From: Escherichia phage vB_vPM_PD06 | Direction: 5' to 3' (one strand) | Sequence record: NC_052653.1 | DNA: 64,000 nt | In this document: positions 35,033 through 44,844 of the stretch, piece after piece | Layout: the number at the start of each line of letters is the position of its first letter | How positions within the stretch are numbered: position 1 is the stretch's first letter | The notes under the pieces: generated by a model | The model's input: the letters and a program-made list of their open reading frames with translations, nothing else | The model's database searches: none | Told to the model about the DNA's origin: nothing | Position numbers and translations under genes: made by a program

Positions 35033-35277
35033 TAATTATCCTCCTTATCAGGGGCAGGTGATCTGCCCCAACGTAAATCTATTAAATTCTTCATTAGTCT
35101 GGATGGTGTGATCATAAAAACAAAAGCCCAGCCCATCCATTCAGGAATTTCTTTATCAATTCCCAAATAAATAAACATACTGGACATAACAATCATACCA
35201 ATAGCATTCCAAACTTTAGTAGAACTGACTTTATTATCAGGATATGTACAAAACATACCTATTAAAAATTTTCTCAT
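35032..35277 (-). CDS. small membrane protein (81 aa, 2 hydrophobic segments, charged C-terminus)
   Basis: VWNAIGMIVMSSMFIYLGI and WMGWAFVFMITP, with a C-terminal RWGRSPAPDKEDN. The start overlaps the upstream stop (ATGA). Confidence 0.6.
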   Translation of the reverse strand: MRKFLIGMFCTYPDNKVSSTKVWNAIGMIVMSSMFIYLGIDKEIPEWMGWAFVFMITPSRLMKNLIDLRWGRSPAPDKEDN

Positions 35278-35582
35278 GGTGCGTTCTCATTACTTTTTAA
35301 ATCACGATATACAGCTAATTCCCCAAGGTCTACAGAACCCGCTGAATGCACAAGTACAGCAGCACTAAGACTAATGGCAGTAGTACCTGGGGCAATATCA
35401 GCAGGTAGGGAATACGCCCTTTGCGTCTCCTTATCATAGATAACCTTATACCCACCCAAATCCACACCAACTGAGAAGTAAACAACCTCAGATTGTTTAA
35501 CTCCAAAGTGACGGGCTACTGCTTGTTTATTGGTTAAGATTCCGGTTGAACCTTTACCACCTTGGGAGAACATTTCGTTCAT
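35274..35582 (-). CDS. hypothetical protein (102 aa)
   Basis: AAGAGG RBS. MNEMFSQGGKGSTGILTNKQAVARHFGV... looks familiar from the N-termini of tail proteins, but I cannot place it. Confidence 0.6.
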   Translation of the reverse strand: MNEMFSQGGKGSTGILTNKQAVARHFGVKQSEVVYFSVGVDLGGYKVIYDKETQRAYSLPADIAPGTTAISLSAAVLVHSAGSVDLGELAVYRDLKSNENAP

Positions 35583-35829
35583 AACAACCTCTTTGTTTTT
35601 CTAAGTAAGCCCCTCTTTGGAGGGGCTTGCAGTGGTAGTGACAACACTTTGAGTTAGTACGATAGTAACTAAAGACAAGATTAACCCTGCTACGATATGT
35701 TTTCATCATTTTATCACATGGCGATGACATGCGCTTGCAGGACATAGTTTGTATGGGTTGTGCGGAATGCCATTTTTGGCCTCTTGTCATCAATAAGTAA
35801 GTATTCATTTCCCCCGCCGAAGCGGGGTT

Positions 35830-37947
35830 TTATATTAAACCATACACTACATTGTGTATTGTTAAACTGCCAATCGAGTTCCCAACATTAAAATTCACCT
35901 CAGCCTTGTATGCTCCTTGAGGGACTGAATCCACTAAAGCATAAAAATTGAATGTGTCGCCTACTGGGATGTTATACCCTATGGAATCCGCAACAGCATT
36001 TCCTTGCTGGTCCAGGAATCTAATTGACGCCAGGGTTGTTGTTAGATTTTTAGCCCAAAAACCAAGCTGAAAATAACGACCAGGCTCACAATCAATGATT
36101 GTTTGGGTGAAATTAGCTGCTGCCTCAGCTGATGGTACAGATAAAACAAAAGAAGTTGAAAACATTAAATCATTAGGAACATCGTTTGCTGTAGTAGCAG
36201 TGACAACTCCTGTTCCAGTTTGCGATAGTGTCCAGTTAGATGTGTTTAAAAACTGTCCTGAGCCATTACTGATGCTATTAATATAAGGGCTTACAATGCT
36301 CCCTAAATTCCAGTTACTTGTGATAAATCCTGCCCGTGGATAGCACCCTCTGGACATTACTTTTTTGCTCGCGCCACCTATCAACTGTCTTGTGGGAAAT
36401 CCAGTAGCAATCGTTGTATTCCCATAGAGGGATAACGAGCAATTATTTAGGCTAACAACCCCATCGCCGTTGCTAACAATAGGTACACTGGTATACCCGT
36501 CTGGGAGTAGTATCGTCGAATTACTGACGGTTAATCGTGAACTGCCCTCCACAGTAAACCCAACGAAACTCTGACCAGGTTGGTACTCAATGTTACCGTT
36601 TGTGAAAACCACTGTTGCGTTATCGGATAGCGCAACAGCAGGGTCAAAATATCCTGATTTTTTACCTGCTGGCAGAGAGCAGCCATCGAATATAAATTGA
36701 CCATTAACAAATGTGAAAGGTCCACCGTTGTCAACCATCCAACAATGATTAAATCTTATAACTTCACCGGAATTTGCTGGTGAATTGAAAATAACAGAAT
36801 TTGTAAAACTTCTGGACAACGCACATTTATCAAAAAGAATACGATATGCATTATCAAGAAACTCAATCCCGGCAGTTGAGATAAACCCACTATTAGAGAT
36901 TCTTAACTCTGATACTTCACCACTGGTAGAACCACCGATAGCCAATTTCCTGGAACCTTTCCCGACGAATGACACACCACTAATCAAAGAAGTTGCGTTA
37001 ATTGCATCTCTGTTAGTGTAATCAGCGCCTGTATTAATGATGGTTAGGTAGTAGTCACCGGTTACAGATGAAGATTCTGTTAAAGTACATTTATTTTTTC
37101 CAATAAGTGCGCCTTTTGCTATGTCGAAAATAATTGGTGTTGTTATCTCTCCTGAAACAGGGACTACACAGTCAAACCCGGCAGCGTTTATTGTGTTGAT
37201 GAATACCGCCAAATCTTCGGTTCCAGTATAACCAGCATCATACACATCCACGGAACCATTGAAGAATTTTCTTTTCCATACCACACCGTTTCCGGGGAAG
37301 GTAACAATATTGTCTATAGCTGTATCCGCGCTAACAGCTACCATAATACCACCACCAAAGTTAAAACCGCTCACATACGAATCAAGTATTATGGAATCAC
37401 CAATTGATCCTGATATTGATGATAACTCAGAAACTGATGATGCAGTTCCTATATAAGACAAGCCATTTGTTTTATTTAAATCACCCCTCAGGGTGGCATC
37501 ACCAACACTAGCCCACGCACTAGGACCAACACCACCGGTTGATGTAGGGGTTGAGTCAGCGGGAACAGCTTTAGGGAAAGCACCACCCCATGTATAGCAC
37601 TGTCCACCTGCAATATACCAAACAGCATCAGTATTATTATTTAATGTAGCACCATCCTCAAAGCTACCATCAACAAGTGTTAACCCCGCTTCAGCAAGAC
37701 TACGACGCCACTGTTCACGATCATTAAGAAGATTGTTATTCAACTCTTCCTGAACAGTATTACCATTTGAGGATTGTATTAAATCTGCTCCATCTGTATC
37801 TTTCAACTGGGTGGCTAAAACCACCCCAGTGTCAGTAAGAAAATTAGAAACTGTGCTTTTAACGGTCTTATCAGGTTGGTCTAAAACTAGGTAATCAGAA
37901 CCATTAACTTTTGATGTTTCCGGTAAATTAGTAATTGTAGTTGACAT
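35830..37947 (-). CDS. tailspike / depolymerase (beta-helix-like), GC-richer than its neighbours
   Basis: The N-terminal anchor MSTTITNLPETSKVNGSDYLVLDQ is shared with the 43000..43473 product. The module YTWGGAFPKAVPADSTPTSTGGVGPSAW is shared with the collagen fibre. Long Gly/Ser/Asn-rich body. Confidence 0.75.
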   Translation of the reverse strand: MSTTITNLPETSKVNGSDYLVLDQPDKTVKSTVSNFLTDTGVVLATQLKDTDGADLIQSSNGNTVQEELNNNLLNDREQWRRSLAEAGLTLVDGSFEDGATLNNNTDAVWYIAGGQCYTWGGAFPKAVPADSTPTSTGGVGPSAWASVGDATLRGDLNKTNGLSYIGTASSVSELSSISGSIGDSIILDSYVSGFNFGGGIMVAVSADTAIDNIVTFPGNGVVWKRKFFNGSVDVYDAGYTGTEDLAVFINTINAAGFDCVVPVSGEITTPIIFDIAKGALIGKNKCTLTESSSVTGDYYLTIINTGADYTNRDAINATSLISGVSFVGKGSRKLAIGGSTSGEVSELRISNSGFISTAGIEFLDNAYRILFDKCALSRSFTNSVIFNSPANSGEVIRFNHCWMVDNGGPFTFVNGQFIFDGCSLPAGKKSGYFDPAVALSDNATVVFTNGNIEYQPGQSFVGFTVEGSSRLTVSNSTILLPDGYTSVPIVSNGDGVVSLNNCSLSLYGNTTIATGFPTRQLIGGASKKVMSRGCYPRAGFITSNWNLGSIVSPYINSISNGSGQFLNTSNWTLSQTGTGVVTATTANDVPNDLMFSTSFVLSVPSAEAAANFTQTIIDCEPGRYFQLGFWAKNLTTTLASIRFLDQQGNAVADSIGYNIPVGDTFNFYALVDSVPQGAYKAEVNFNVGNSIGSLTIHNVVYGLI

Positions 37948-37955
37948 TTTTACTC

Positions 37956-40115
37956 CTATATATAAAATTTTTGTGTTGTTACTAAATCTTCTCCAGATTT
38001 AGTGGCTAATGTAATTCCACTTATAGTGGCAATCTCAACATTTACCTGTTTAAGAGTGATATCTTGCAAGTAGCAATTCAAAGGCACATTACCCATATAA
38101 AACACTTGGGATTTTGAATTAAGAACAGTTATTGAATCATGCATTATTTGTGGGTAAGCCCATATGTATTGATATAAACCAACAAACTTCTGATCATTCA
38201 ATACAATATTACCTATAATCATTTTCCACAAATATGTTCTGTAGTCTGATTCAGGATCAAAGCCATATAATGGTGCTAGAGTTGCGTCTGGAACAAACCC
38301 TGCAAGATAATGTATCTTATCATAACTAAAACCTAGTTGCTCATTAGGTATTTTGATAGCGTCGAAAGATCTTTCCATCTGACCTTCCAACAACCAGTCA
38401 TAACATTCTGAACAATAAAAGTCAAAGTTTTCTGGGATATAATAATCTTTAGGGAAGTTAACAAACTCCATCATACCGTTACCTAAAATGGATGGCACAA
38501 ATGGTAATAATGTAACTTTAGCTCCAGGATAGGCTAATTTAGTATCTGTTGCAAATTTAGCAACACGCAGTCCTAATGTTTTAGATAGGAATGCATAATA
38601 TTCATCATATGGTGTACCAGTTTTATAATTCTTAACTGTACCAACATCTTGTGCATATAATCCAGTTTCATTATTAAATGCAACTTTGGTTGCATAATCA
38701 TAAATACACGGGAGATTGGTAGCTGTGTTATACCACCACCACGGTTCACCAACCTGAATAATAACAGGAAGATCATTGGCAGCGGATATAGAAGCTATCT
38801 TATTTATTACACCTTGTAAATAATTCATCCCTTCATCAATTGAAGGAGATAAAACATAACTTGGTGGCTCATAACCTGTAGCAGCCAGATCATCATTCCA
38901 AGTATGTTGTACCCATTCTACAGGACACACTGTACTCATAAGTTCAAAACTTAAGGAGTTCATTACTGTGTAGCCCATAGCTTTTGCATTAGCGTGGAAA
39001 TTATCAAACCAGGCTTCTGTTGCTGGGTTTAAATATTCTGTTCTATTCAAAGCCCATTTATTAGATCCAGCATCCCAACTAAATTGATAATAGTGTGACA
39101 TACCATTATAATGGTTAATCATATCTCTATAACCTAATCTATAGGTGTTAGAAATAACTCGCTCTGGGGTTAGGTTATACATATCATCATAAGATGTACA
39201 CATTCTTATGGTGTGTGCTGGAACATTTAAATTACCCATATTCATCATACTATAACCCGTATCAGGTTCCAGTATGGTAAACTTAAAGGAAAGATCCTCA
39301 TTGTCTACAGGAATAATATCTTCAATTTCTTGATACCTTGTGGAGATCAAGGAGAAGAACATATTATCTATCTGTGTAGTGTCAACAACAATATCATTTT
39401 CTGGCCCAGATTTTAAATTTGAGAAATCTAATTTTATTGTTGCTGTTTTACCATCCTCTGAAACTTCTTCTGCATAAAAGTTTAGAGATACATAATGAAC
39501 TGTTTCATCCTTCAGTGTCACTGTTAAGGATGGCAATAATTTTTCTTCTTTTAATCCAGGAACACCTTGACTAAGTTCCATTTTAAACCAAAGTTTCTCT
39601 TTACTTAAGTCAGAATGTTCTTGGTAGCCTAATCCTTTGTGATCATATTTATCGTAAGTTGACCAAATAATCCCAGCAAGACCAGCCACTGTCCTATTAA
39701 CCATTCTTGCTGTGAAAGAATCACCATTAGAGATAATAGAACAACTTTCTGTTGCTTGAGAATCTATTGTCCAAAACTTAGGATCAAACATTCTAGACTT
39801 CACAACAGGCCAAGTTAGCGGGGTTGTATTCGATTGATTAGTCGTAATAACACAACGAATTTCTTCATTGATCATCATGTTATTTTGACTTATGCTAGTA
39901 ATCTCAAGAGTAAAATAAAGATCTAAAGAGTTTGCCGGACGTTCATATACATCAACCACCACAGTAGCAGAATCTGCATCAGAAGGGAACGTTACTGTTC
40001 CCTGTTTAGCTACATAATCTCTACCAGCGACCGCCGTTCCATCGACGGTCTTATAGCTGAATGAACTGGCATTTACTCTCGTATTTCGAGTTACAGTAAA
40101 AATAGCCTGTTTCAT
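37956..40115 (-). CDS. tail-associated protein with N-terminal Calx-beta-like domain and a large uncharacterised C-terminal domain
   Basis: FSYKTVDGTAVAGRDYVAKQGTVTFPSDADSATVVVDV matches the Calx-beta pattern. 719 aa, located in the RBP block. Confidence 0.6.
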   Translation of the reverse strand: MKQAIFTVTRNTRVNASSFSYKTVDGTAVAGRDYVAKQGTVTFPSDADSATVVVDVYERPANSLDLYFTLEITSISQNNMMINEEIRCVITTNQSNTTPLTWPVVKSRMFDPKFWTIDSQATESCSIISNGDSFTARMVNRTVAGLAGIIWSTYDKYDHKGLGYQEHSDLSKEKLWFKMELSQGVPGLKEEKLLPSLTVTLKDETVHYVSLNFYAEEVSEDGKTATIKLDFSNLKSGPENDIVVDTTQIDNMFFSLISTRYQEIEDIIPVDNEDLSFKFTILEPDTGYSMMNMGNLNVPAHTIRMCTSYDDMYNLTPERVISNTYRLGYRDMINHYNGMSHYYQFSWDAGSNKWALNRTEYLNPATEAWFDNFHANAKAMGYTVMNSLSFELMSTVCPVEWVQHTWNDDLAATGYEPPSYVLSPSIDEGMNYLQGVINKIASISAANDLPVIIQVGEPWWWYNTATNLPCIYDYATKVAFNNETGLYAQDVGTVKNYKTGTPYDEYYAFLSKTLGLRVAKFATDTKLAYPGAKVTLLPFVPSILGNGMMEFVNFPKDYYIPENFDFYCSECYDWLLEGQMERSFDAIKIPNEQLGFSYDKIHYLAGFVPDATLAPLYGFDPESDYRTYLWKMIIGNIVLNDQKFVGLYQYIWAYPQIMHDSITVLNSKSQVFYMGNVPLNCYLQDITLKQVNVEIATISGITLATKSGEDLVTTQKFYI

Positions 40116-40123
40116 TATTTTCC

Positions 40124-43000
40124 TTATTTGGTTACATCAACACTAATATCATTCATAGTTAGAACAGTTAGTGTTGGTATGTTACTATTATCCAAAATTG
40201 GTAAAGCGTTTTGAGGGTTTAGTTTACGATACAAGGCATATAAACCAAAACCACGTAATAGTTCTCCAGCATGGAAACCAAAGAACATTCCGTTATCTGA
40301 ATCTGGGCGTGGTGCAACACTCCAGGAACCATTCATCGGATGGTTAGGGGAAAGCACAATATAGTTTTGCTGAATCAGATCAAAACATCTGTCTGCTACA
40401 ATACCAATGTTTGGAATTTGTGAATCATAACCTGCCAAGCCCATGATTGAACAACCCGCCATAAACAGTGCAGACATATGACTAGTAAAGTCATCTATAG
40501 GTGCAAGAACTGTACCATCTGGATTAAAGATAGTTGGTGTTCTTCCATCATTATTGTCTTGGAACCATTTAAGGTAGTTGATCCAATTTTTACAAACAGT
40601 TACTAGTTTTTCAGGAGGTGTTTCTCCTCTTTGTACAAGTTCGTATACAGCATGACAAGCACAGTAGAATGCACGAGCTTCATAACCATCCCACGCTTTT
40701 TCATTCCAGTGTTTCATTGTAAACGTATTAGGTTCACCGTATTTTCTTGCATCCCAACGATCCCACACATATGCTTGTGCCATAGGCCCAGGCATCACAG
40801 GATCAAACGTGTTATAAAACCACATTTGAGCATCATACAAGAAATCAATACTGTTGTTTAAACGTGTCCAATCAATATCCCTACCTGCGAAACAGTATAA
40901 GGAAGGATACTGGTATCCTGGGTATGGAATACCACGCCATCCATCGTATAATGCAGTGTTTGGGTCACTGATATTAGAGAATGGAATTATTCCTGGTGTG
41001 TAATTAAGACTATTTAACTTATAGTCAATAATAGTACAATCACCTAACTTAGCAGTATGAGGATTTGAAGCCTGTACAGTAATACGGAAGTACATGGTAT
41101 AATCATCACCAGAAGATGACGAATATCTTTCAGGTACATCGTTAATACAATAGAAATCTATTGTTCCTGTTAAACCATTGACAGGAGCCGTATCAAGAAC
41201 TAAATTTACCTGATCTACAGCAGTAAGATTTATTGCTGAAGGTTTAGGATCTGTTTCTGGATGATTAGGCTGGTAAGCACTTAACTTAAAAGCAGAGGCT
41301 GATAAAGTCTTCGTACTCCATGCCCCTTGCGTTTTAGGCAGCATAGCCCACCATCTCCAACCTTGAGCATCCGTGATAGTCATGTTAAAGTCATCTTCAT
41401 ATGTTCTATATGTAATAGACTTAACATTAGCTTTTGATGTAGGAGTTAACCAAAAACCAACAGTGATACCACCATCCGTATCCATTGATGCAGTAACAAT
41501 CTGGTCATTATTAGTTCCAGCAATACCTGTTACATACTTATATTGTACCACAGTATTGTCACCCCAGTCAACAATAATTCGCGGATCTGCGATAATATAT
41601 GTTCCACCACTAGGAGGGGTACTTCTCATAAAGCTGGATAGTGGAATATCCATGCTTGTCATATTAGCTGTACCTAGTGGTAAGCCACAACGGTAAGTTA
41701 CTGTGTTATTTTCATCTTTGGTCTTACTTAATTCCAACTCTGGACGGAAAAGAATACCATGTCCTGCGTCATCTACACCTTGAAACTGAACTCGTAATTT
41801 AGAGTTCTGATCAACTTTAAACCAAATGGATTGCTGTTCTAATGTTGTTTGAGCAGCAACATCTTGTCTAATAACAATATAACCTAAAGTATCTCTTGAA
41901 TATTTAGGTATTGCTGTAGATGGATACGAATAATCGTAAGAGATGCCATCTGTAAACGGAATAGTTGCATATGTAGACTTACGGAAGAATTTATCAAACA
42001 TATCAATGTTTGAGTAATCTTGACACACTAACAGTGAAGATTGCCAGCATAGCCAATATTTTCTTTCTCCTGTAATTTGGTACATCAGGTAATTAGCATC
42101 ACACCACCAAGTTTCGGCATCTGACGCATTATCCTGAAAGCCAATTTCTACCGGAACGTTAACTGGTCTGTTATGCCACATAGTGTTACGCTCCATTAAA
42201 TAACCACCGTGTTCAACAGGGTTACAAGTCGCATAGTTAAATTTATATGTACCGTTTACAGAAGTATTTTTTAGTTGAACTGTTCCGTATTGAGATGTTG
42301 GAAAACCTTCTTCTAAGATATTTCCATCCCAATCAACTTTACGTCCTAGACGATCAATGATCCAATCAACATCCCATTGATCTCCATTCTTAGACCAATC
42401 TGTTGTACCATCTGCATTAACAGCATATACTGTAGCGTTTACAGAGTTCCATCCTAGATTACCATTAAAAGCAAACCATGCTTTATCAAGGTATTCTCCC
42501 CAATGTGGAGCACCATGAGGAATAACTGTTCTACCGTTAGTCCACGTCATTAAGCTACCCTTAAAACCTCCGTGTGTAGGGTAGCCATCATCTGTAAGAG
42601 GATAGTGTGCAAGACGTGGTTCTTTACCGTTAATAATCCAGTTAGGGCGATATTTTGCTGGCGGATCTGGGATAGGTTGACCACCAAAGAAGTAATCTAT
42701 ATAGGCTTGCCAATATTTTTTAGCAGAGTCTAAATACTTTGTATCGCCGGAAGCCAGGTATGCATAAGCGCAACCAAGAATAAGCACGGATTGACCTTCT
42801 GTTGTAGCATCCCCGTTTGGTTGCCCTTCTTGAGCAGTCCAGTTTATAAAGTGTCTGTTATTAGCTAGAACGTTTTGTGGGTTTAATACATAGTGTTGCA
42901 CTGTAGGATCTACAGTTAAACCTGTATTACGATCTAAGAACTGAATATGTCCATCGATCAGTTGAAAAACATTGTCAATTCTGTGCTTAATTCTTGACAT
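40124..43000 (-). CDS. large tail-associated putative polysaccharide-degrading protein (958 aa)
   Basis: The N-terminal region (GQSVLILGCAYAYLASGDTKYLDSAKKYWQAYIDYF) resembles alpha/alpha-toroid glycoside hydrolase or lyase folds. Tentative. Confidence 0.55.
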   Translation of the reverse strand: MSRIKHRIDNVFQLIDGHIQFLDRNTGLTVDPTVQHYVLNPQNVLANNRHFINWTAQEGQPNGDATTEGQSVLILGCAYAYLASGDTKYLDSAKKYWQAYIDYFFGGQPIPDPPAKYRPNWIINGKEPRLAHYPLTDDGYPTHGGFKGSLMTWTNGRTVIPHGAPHWGEYLDKAWFAFNGNLGWNSVNATVYAVNADGTTDWSKNGDQWDVDWIIDRLGRKVDWDGNILEEGFPTSQYGTVQLKNTSVNGTYKFNYATCNPVEHGGYLMERNTMWHNRPVNVPVEIGFQDNASDAETWWCDANYLMYQITGERKYWLCWQSSLLVCQDYSNIDMFDKFFRKSTYATIPFTDGISYDYSYPSTAIPKYSRDTLGYIVIRQDVAAQTTLEQQSIWFKVDQNSKLRVQFQGVDDAGHGILFRPELELSKTKDENNTVTYRCGLPLGTANMTSMDIPLSSFMRSTPPSGGTYIIADPRIIVDWGDNTVVQYKYVTGIAGTNNDQIVTASMDTDGGITVGFWLTPTSKANVKSITYRTYEDDFNMTITDAQGWRWWAMLPKTQGAWSTKTLSASAFKLSAYQPNHPETDPKPSAINLTAVDQVNLVLDTAPVNGLTGTIDFYCINDVPERYSSSSGDDYTMYFRITVQASNPHTAKLGDCTIIDYKLNSLNYTPGIIPFSNISDPNTALYDGWRGIPYPGYQYPSLYCFAGRDIDWTRLNNSIDFLYDAQMWFYNTFDPVMPGPMAQAYVWDRWDARKYGEPNTFTMKHWNEKAWDGYEARAFYCACHAVYELVQRGETPPEKLVTVCKNWINYLKWFQDNNDGRTPTIFNPDGTVLAPIDDFTSHMSALFMAGCSIMGLAGYDSQIPNIGIVADRCFDLIQQNYIVLSPNHPMNGSWSVAPRPDSDNGMFFGFHAGELLRGFGLYALYRKLNPQNALPILDNSNIPTLTVLTMNDISVDVTK

Positions 43001-43473
43001 TAAATCACTCCTGCCATCACTAAACTACCTATCCAGGTAGCTCCATTATCATAACTAACAAATTCAAAAATATCTGTAGCTCCCTGTTTATAACTCAAAA
43101 CAGGAGCTCGACCAAAACTCCATTTAACAGATTGAGGCCACGTTACTTTATTTGCTCCACTTCCTTGACGTAGGGATAGAGTAAAGTTTTGAACAATGTT
43201 AGTTGTAACTGGAACATTACTAAATGAAATACTGCAAGTTGGACTAGATAAAGTGGCAGAGAAATACTCTGCCGTGCTAATATCTAAAGCTAGGGTATTT
43301 GTAACAGTACCCCTTGCAGAAAGACGATTTCGTGTAACACCAGCACCAGCAAGAAGAACACGTAATGATGTTTTCTTAGTGATGCCTGATTGATCTGTTA
43401 CAAAATAATCTGTGTCTGAAACAGATGTTGTTACAGGTAGATCAGACACCTTGATTGTAGTTAAATCAGCCAT
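43000..43473 (-). CDS. small tail fibre/adaptor protein (157 aa)
   Basis: The N-terminus MADLTTIKVSDLPVTTSVSDTDYFVTDQSG parallels the tailspike N-terminus at 37947. Confidence 0.6.
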   Translation of the reverse strand: MADLTTIKVSDLPVTTSVSDTDYFVTDQSGITKKTSLRVLLAGAGVTRNRLSARGTVTNTLALDISTAEYFSATLSSPTCSISFSNVPVTTNIVQNFTLSLRQGSGANKVTWPQSVKWSFGRAPVLSYKQGATDIFEFVSYDNGATWIGSLVMAGVI

Positions 43474-44101
43474 TATTATTTGTAGCTCCCATTGTTGCTG
43501 TTATAGCATAGTTGTAATTGGTTGCAAGACCTTTATTGGCTTCGTTAACAAGGTATTTTTCAAGCAATGCCTCGTTAGACCACTCATTCCACCAAGTAGA
43601 ATAAGTATCTTTAGGAAGACCAACAATGTTAATAAAGCGATAGAGTCTATTTGCAGATTCAACAATTTCAAATGCTTCACAAGTGATTGCTGCATTATCA
43701 TCACCAGCCTCTGGATAGATATATTCTTCAGACGGCTGTGTACTGAATAGAGCACTAACAACTTGTTCACCAACTGTAACAGTAACGTTCATTGAGTAAT
43801 ACCTATCATCTCTATCATAAGAGGATGTGTAGGAATTAATATTATCTATATAAACATTACTTGCGATAGTTGATAAGAAAATGCGATCAACAATCTCTTT
43901 CTTCTTGGCAACACCAATAATCTCTTGCAGATATGGAACCCCAAAATTAGAGTTGAGGAACCATTCTCCACGGAAAGTTCTAAGTGTTATTCCAAGCGTC
44001 TGTGCTGCAATTTCACTTTTAGTTGTGGTTAGTGTTAAATCACCATCCACCATTACTAAATCGTTAGAACCATCAAGTTTTAAATCAAATGGTATTCCCA
44101 T
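43466..44101 (-). CDS. baseplate protein (gpW/gp25-like region plus extension)
   Basis: Lies after the central spike gene. N-terminal pattern LRTFRGEWFLNSNFGVPYLQEI. Tentative. Confidence 0.55.
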   Translation of the reverse strand: MGIPFDLKLDGSNDLVMVDGDLTLTTTKSEIAAQTLGITLRTFRGEWFLNSNFGVPYLQEIIGVAKKKEIVDRIFLSTIASNVYIDNINSYTSSYDRDDRYYSMNVTVTVGEQVVSALFSTQPSEEYIYPEAGDDNAAITCEAFEIVESANRLYRFINIVGLPKDTYSTWWNEWSNEALLEKYLVNEANKGLATNYNYAITATMGATNNNG

Positions 44102-44104
44102 CTG

Positions 44105-44842
44105 TTAACCTCCATTTGGTTTGTCGGAAGTAACAGTGCTACCACCAGTTTCAACACCGCGTACAGGGTGTGTATGTGTGTGTAAACCAATGCCGCCACT
44201 ATCTTTCATACGACCGTCAGGTGTGATTGTTAAACCGTTTAAATTTACAGTGCCACCTTTATATGTCATAGTCCCACCTTGCAGTGTAAGTTTTCCTCCT
44301 CCTGCATCAGTAAGAACGATACTGTCTGGTGTCATATCTATTTTCATACCTTGTGTGTTGTACACAGATATATTACCGTTAGGATCAAACGAAGCGTAAG
44401 TTTGCTTATTATTTGAGATAACAACTTTTTCAGAATCTACTTCTTCTGAAGAATCTGTAGCTGTTGCTATCTTAGGAATAAAACAGGCTGGATACAAACC
44501 ACAAGGTTGAATTAATGTTCCGCTGCTGGCTGTATCCCCGTCTGTCTGGAAAGCATTCGACGGATCTCTTTCTGAAAAGACAACAACACCAATATCTCCT
44601 GCTTTAATTGGAAATGAAATTCTACCTGTACCACCACCATTTACCATAAAAGGAACATCGTGGAATGTTGGGTAATCTATTTCATCTTCAGTAGATCTGG
44701 TATTTTTTACGATAGATTCTAAAGTTACTGTCTTAGATCCATAATCTACACCAATTACCCTTACAGGTAAAGATGTATGTACTTCCGCAACTTGCTCGTT
44801 GATTAATCCACGGATTGCTGTTACAAAATTTAAAGCATCCAT
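44105..44842 (-). CDS. baseplate central spike (gpV/gp5-like)
   Basis: OB-like N-terminus (LPVRVIGVDYGSKTVTLE), beta-helical repeats and an apex GLHTHTHPV His motif. Confidence 0.7.
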   Translation of the reverse strand: MDALNFVTAIRGLINEQVAEVHTSLPVRVIGVDYGSKTVTLESIVKNTRSTEDEIDYPTFHDVPFMVNGGGTGRISFPIKAGDIGVVVFSERDPSNAFQTDGDTASSGTLIQPCGLYPACFIPKIATATDSSEEVDSEKVVISNNKQTYASFDPNGNISVYNTQGMKIDMTPDSIVLTDAGGGKLTLQGGTMTYKGGTVNLNGLTITPDGRMKDSGGIGLHTHTHPVRGVETGGSTVTSDKPNGG

Positions 44843-44844
44843 TT

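Noticed and set aside
35554-35808. An 84 aa Cys/His/Arg-rich ORF on the - strand filling the 247 bp gap after the tailspike gene.
   Set aside because: It has no convincing RBS, overlaps the well-supported start of 35274..35582 by 29 nt, and runs through two GC hairpins and a promoter-like element. It is more likely non-coding, though a real small basic protein cannot be fully excluded.
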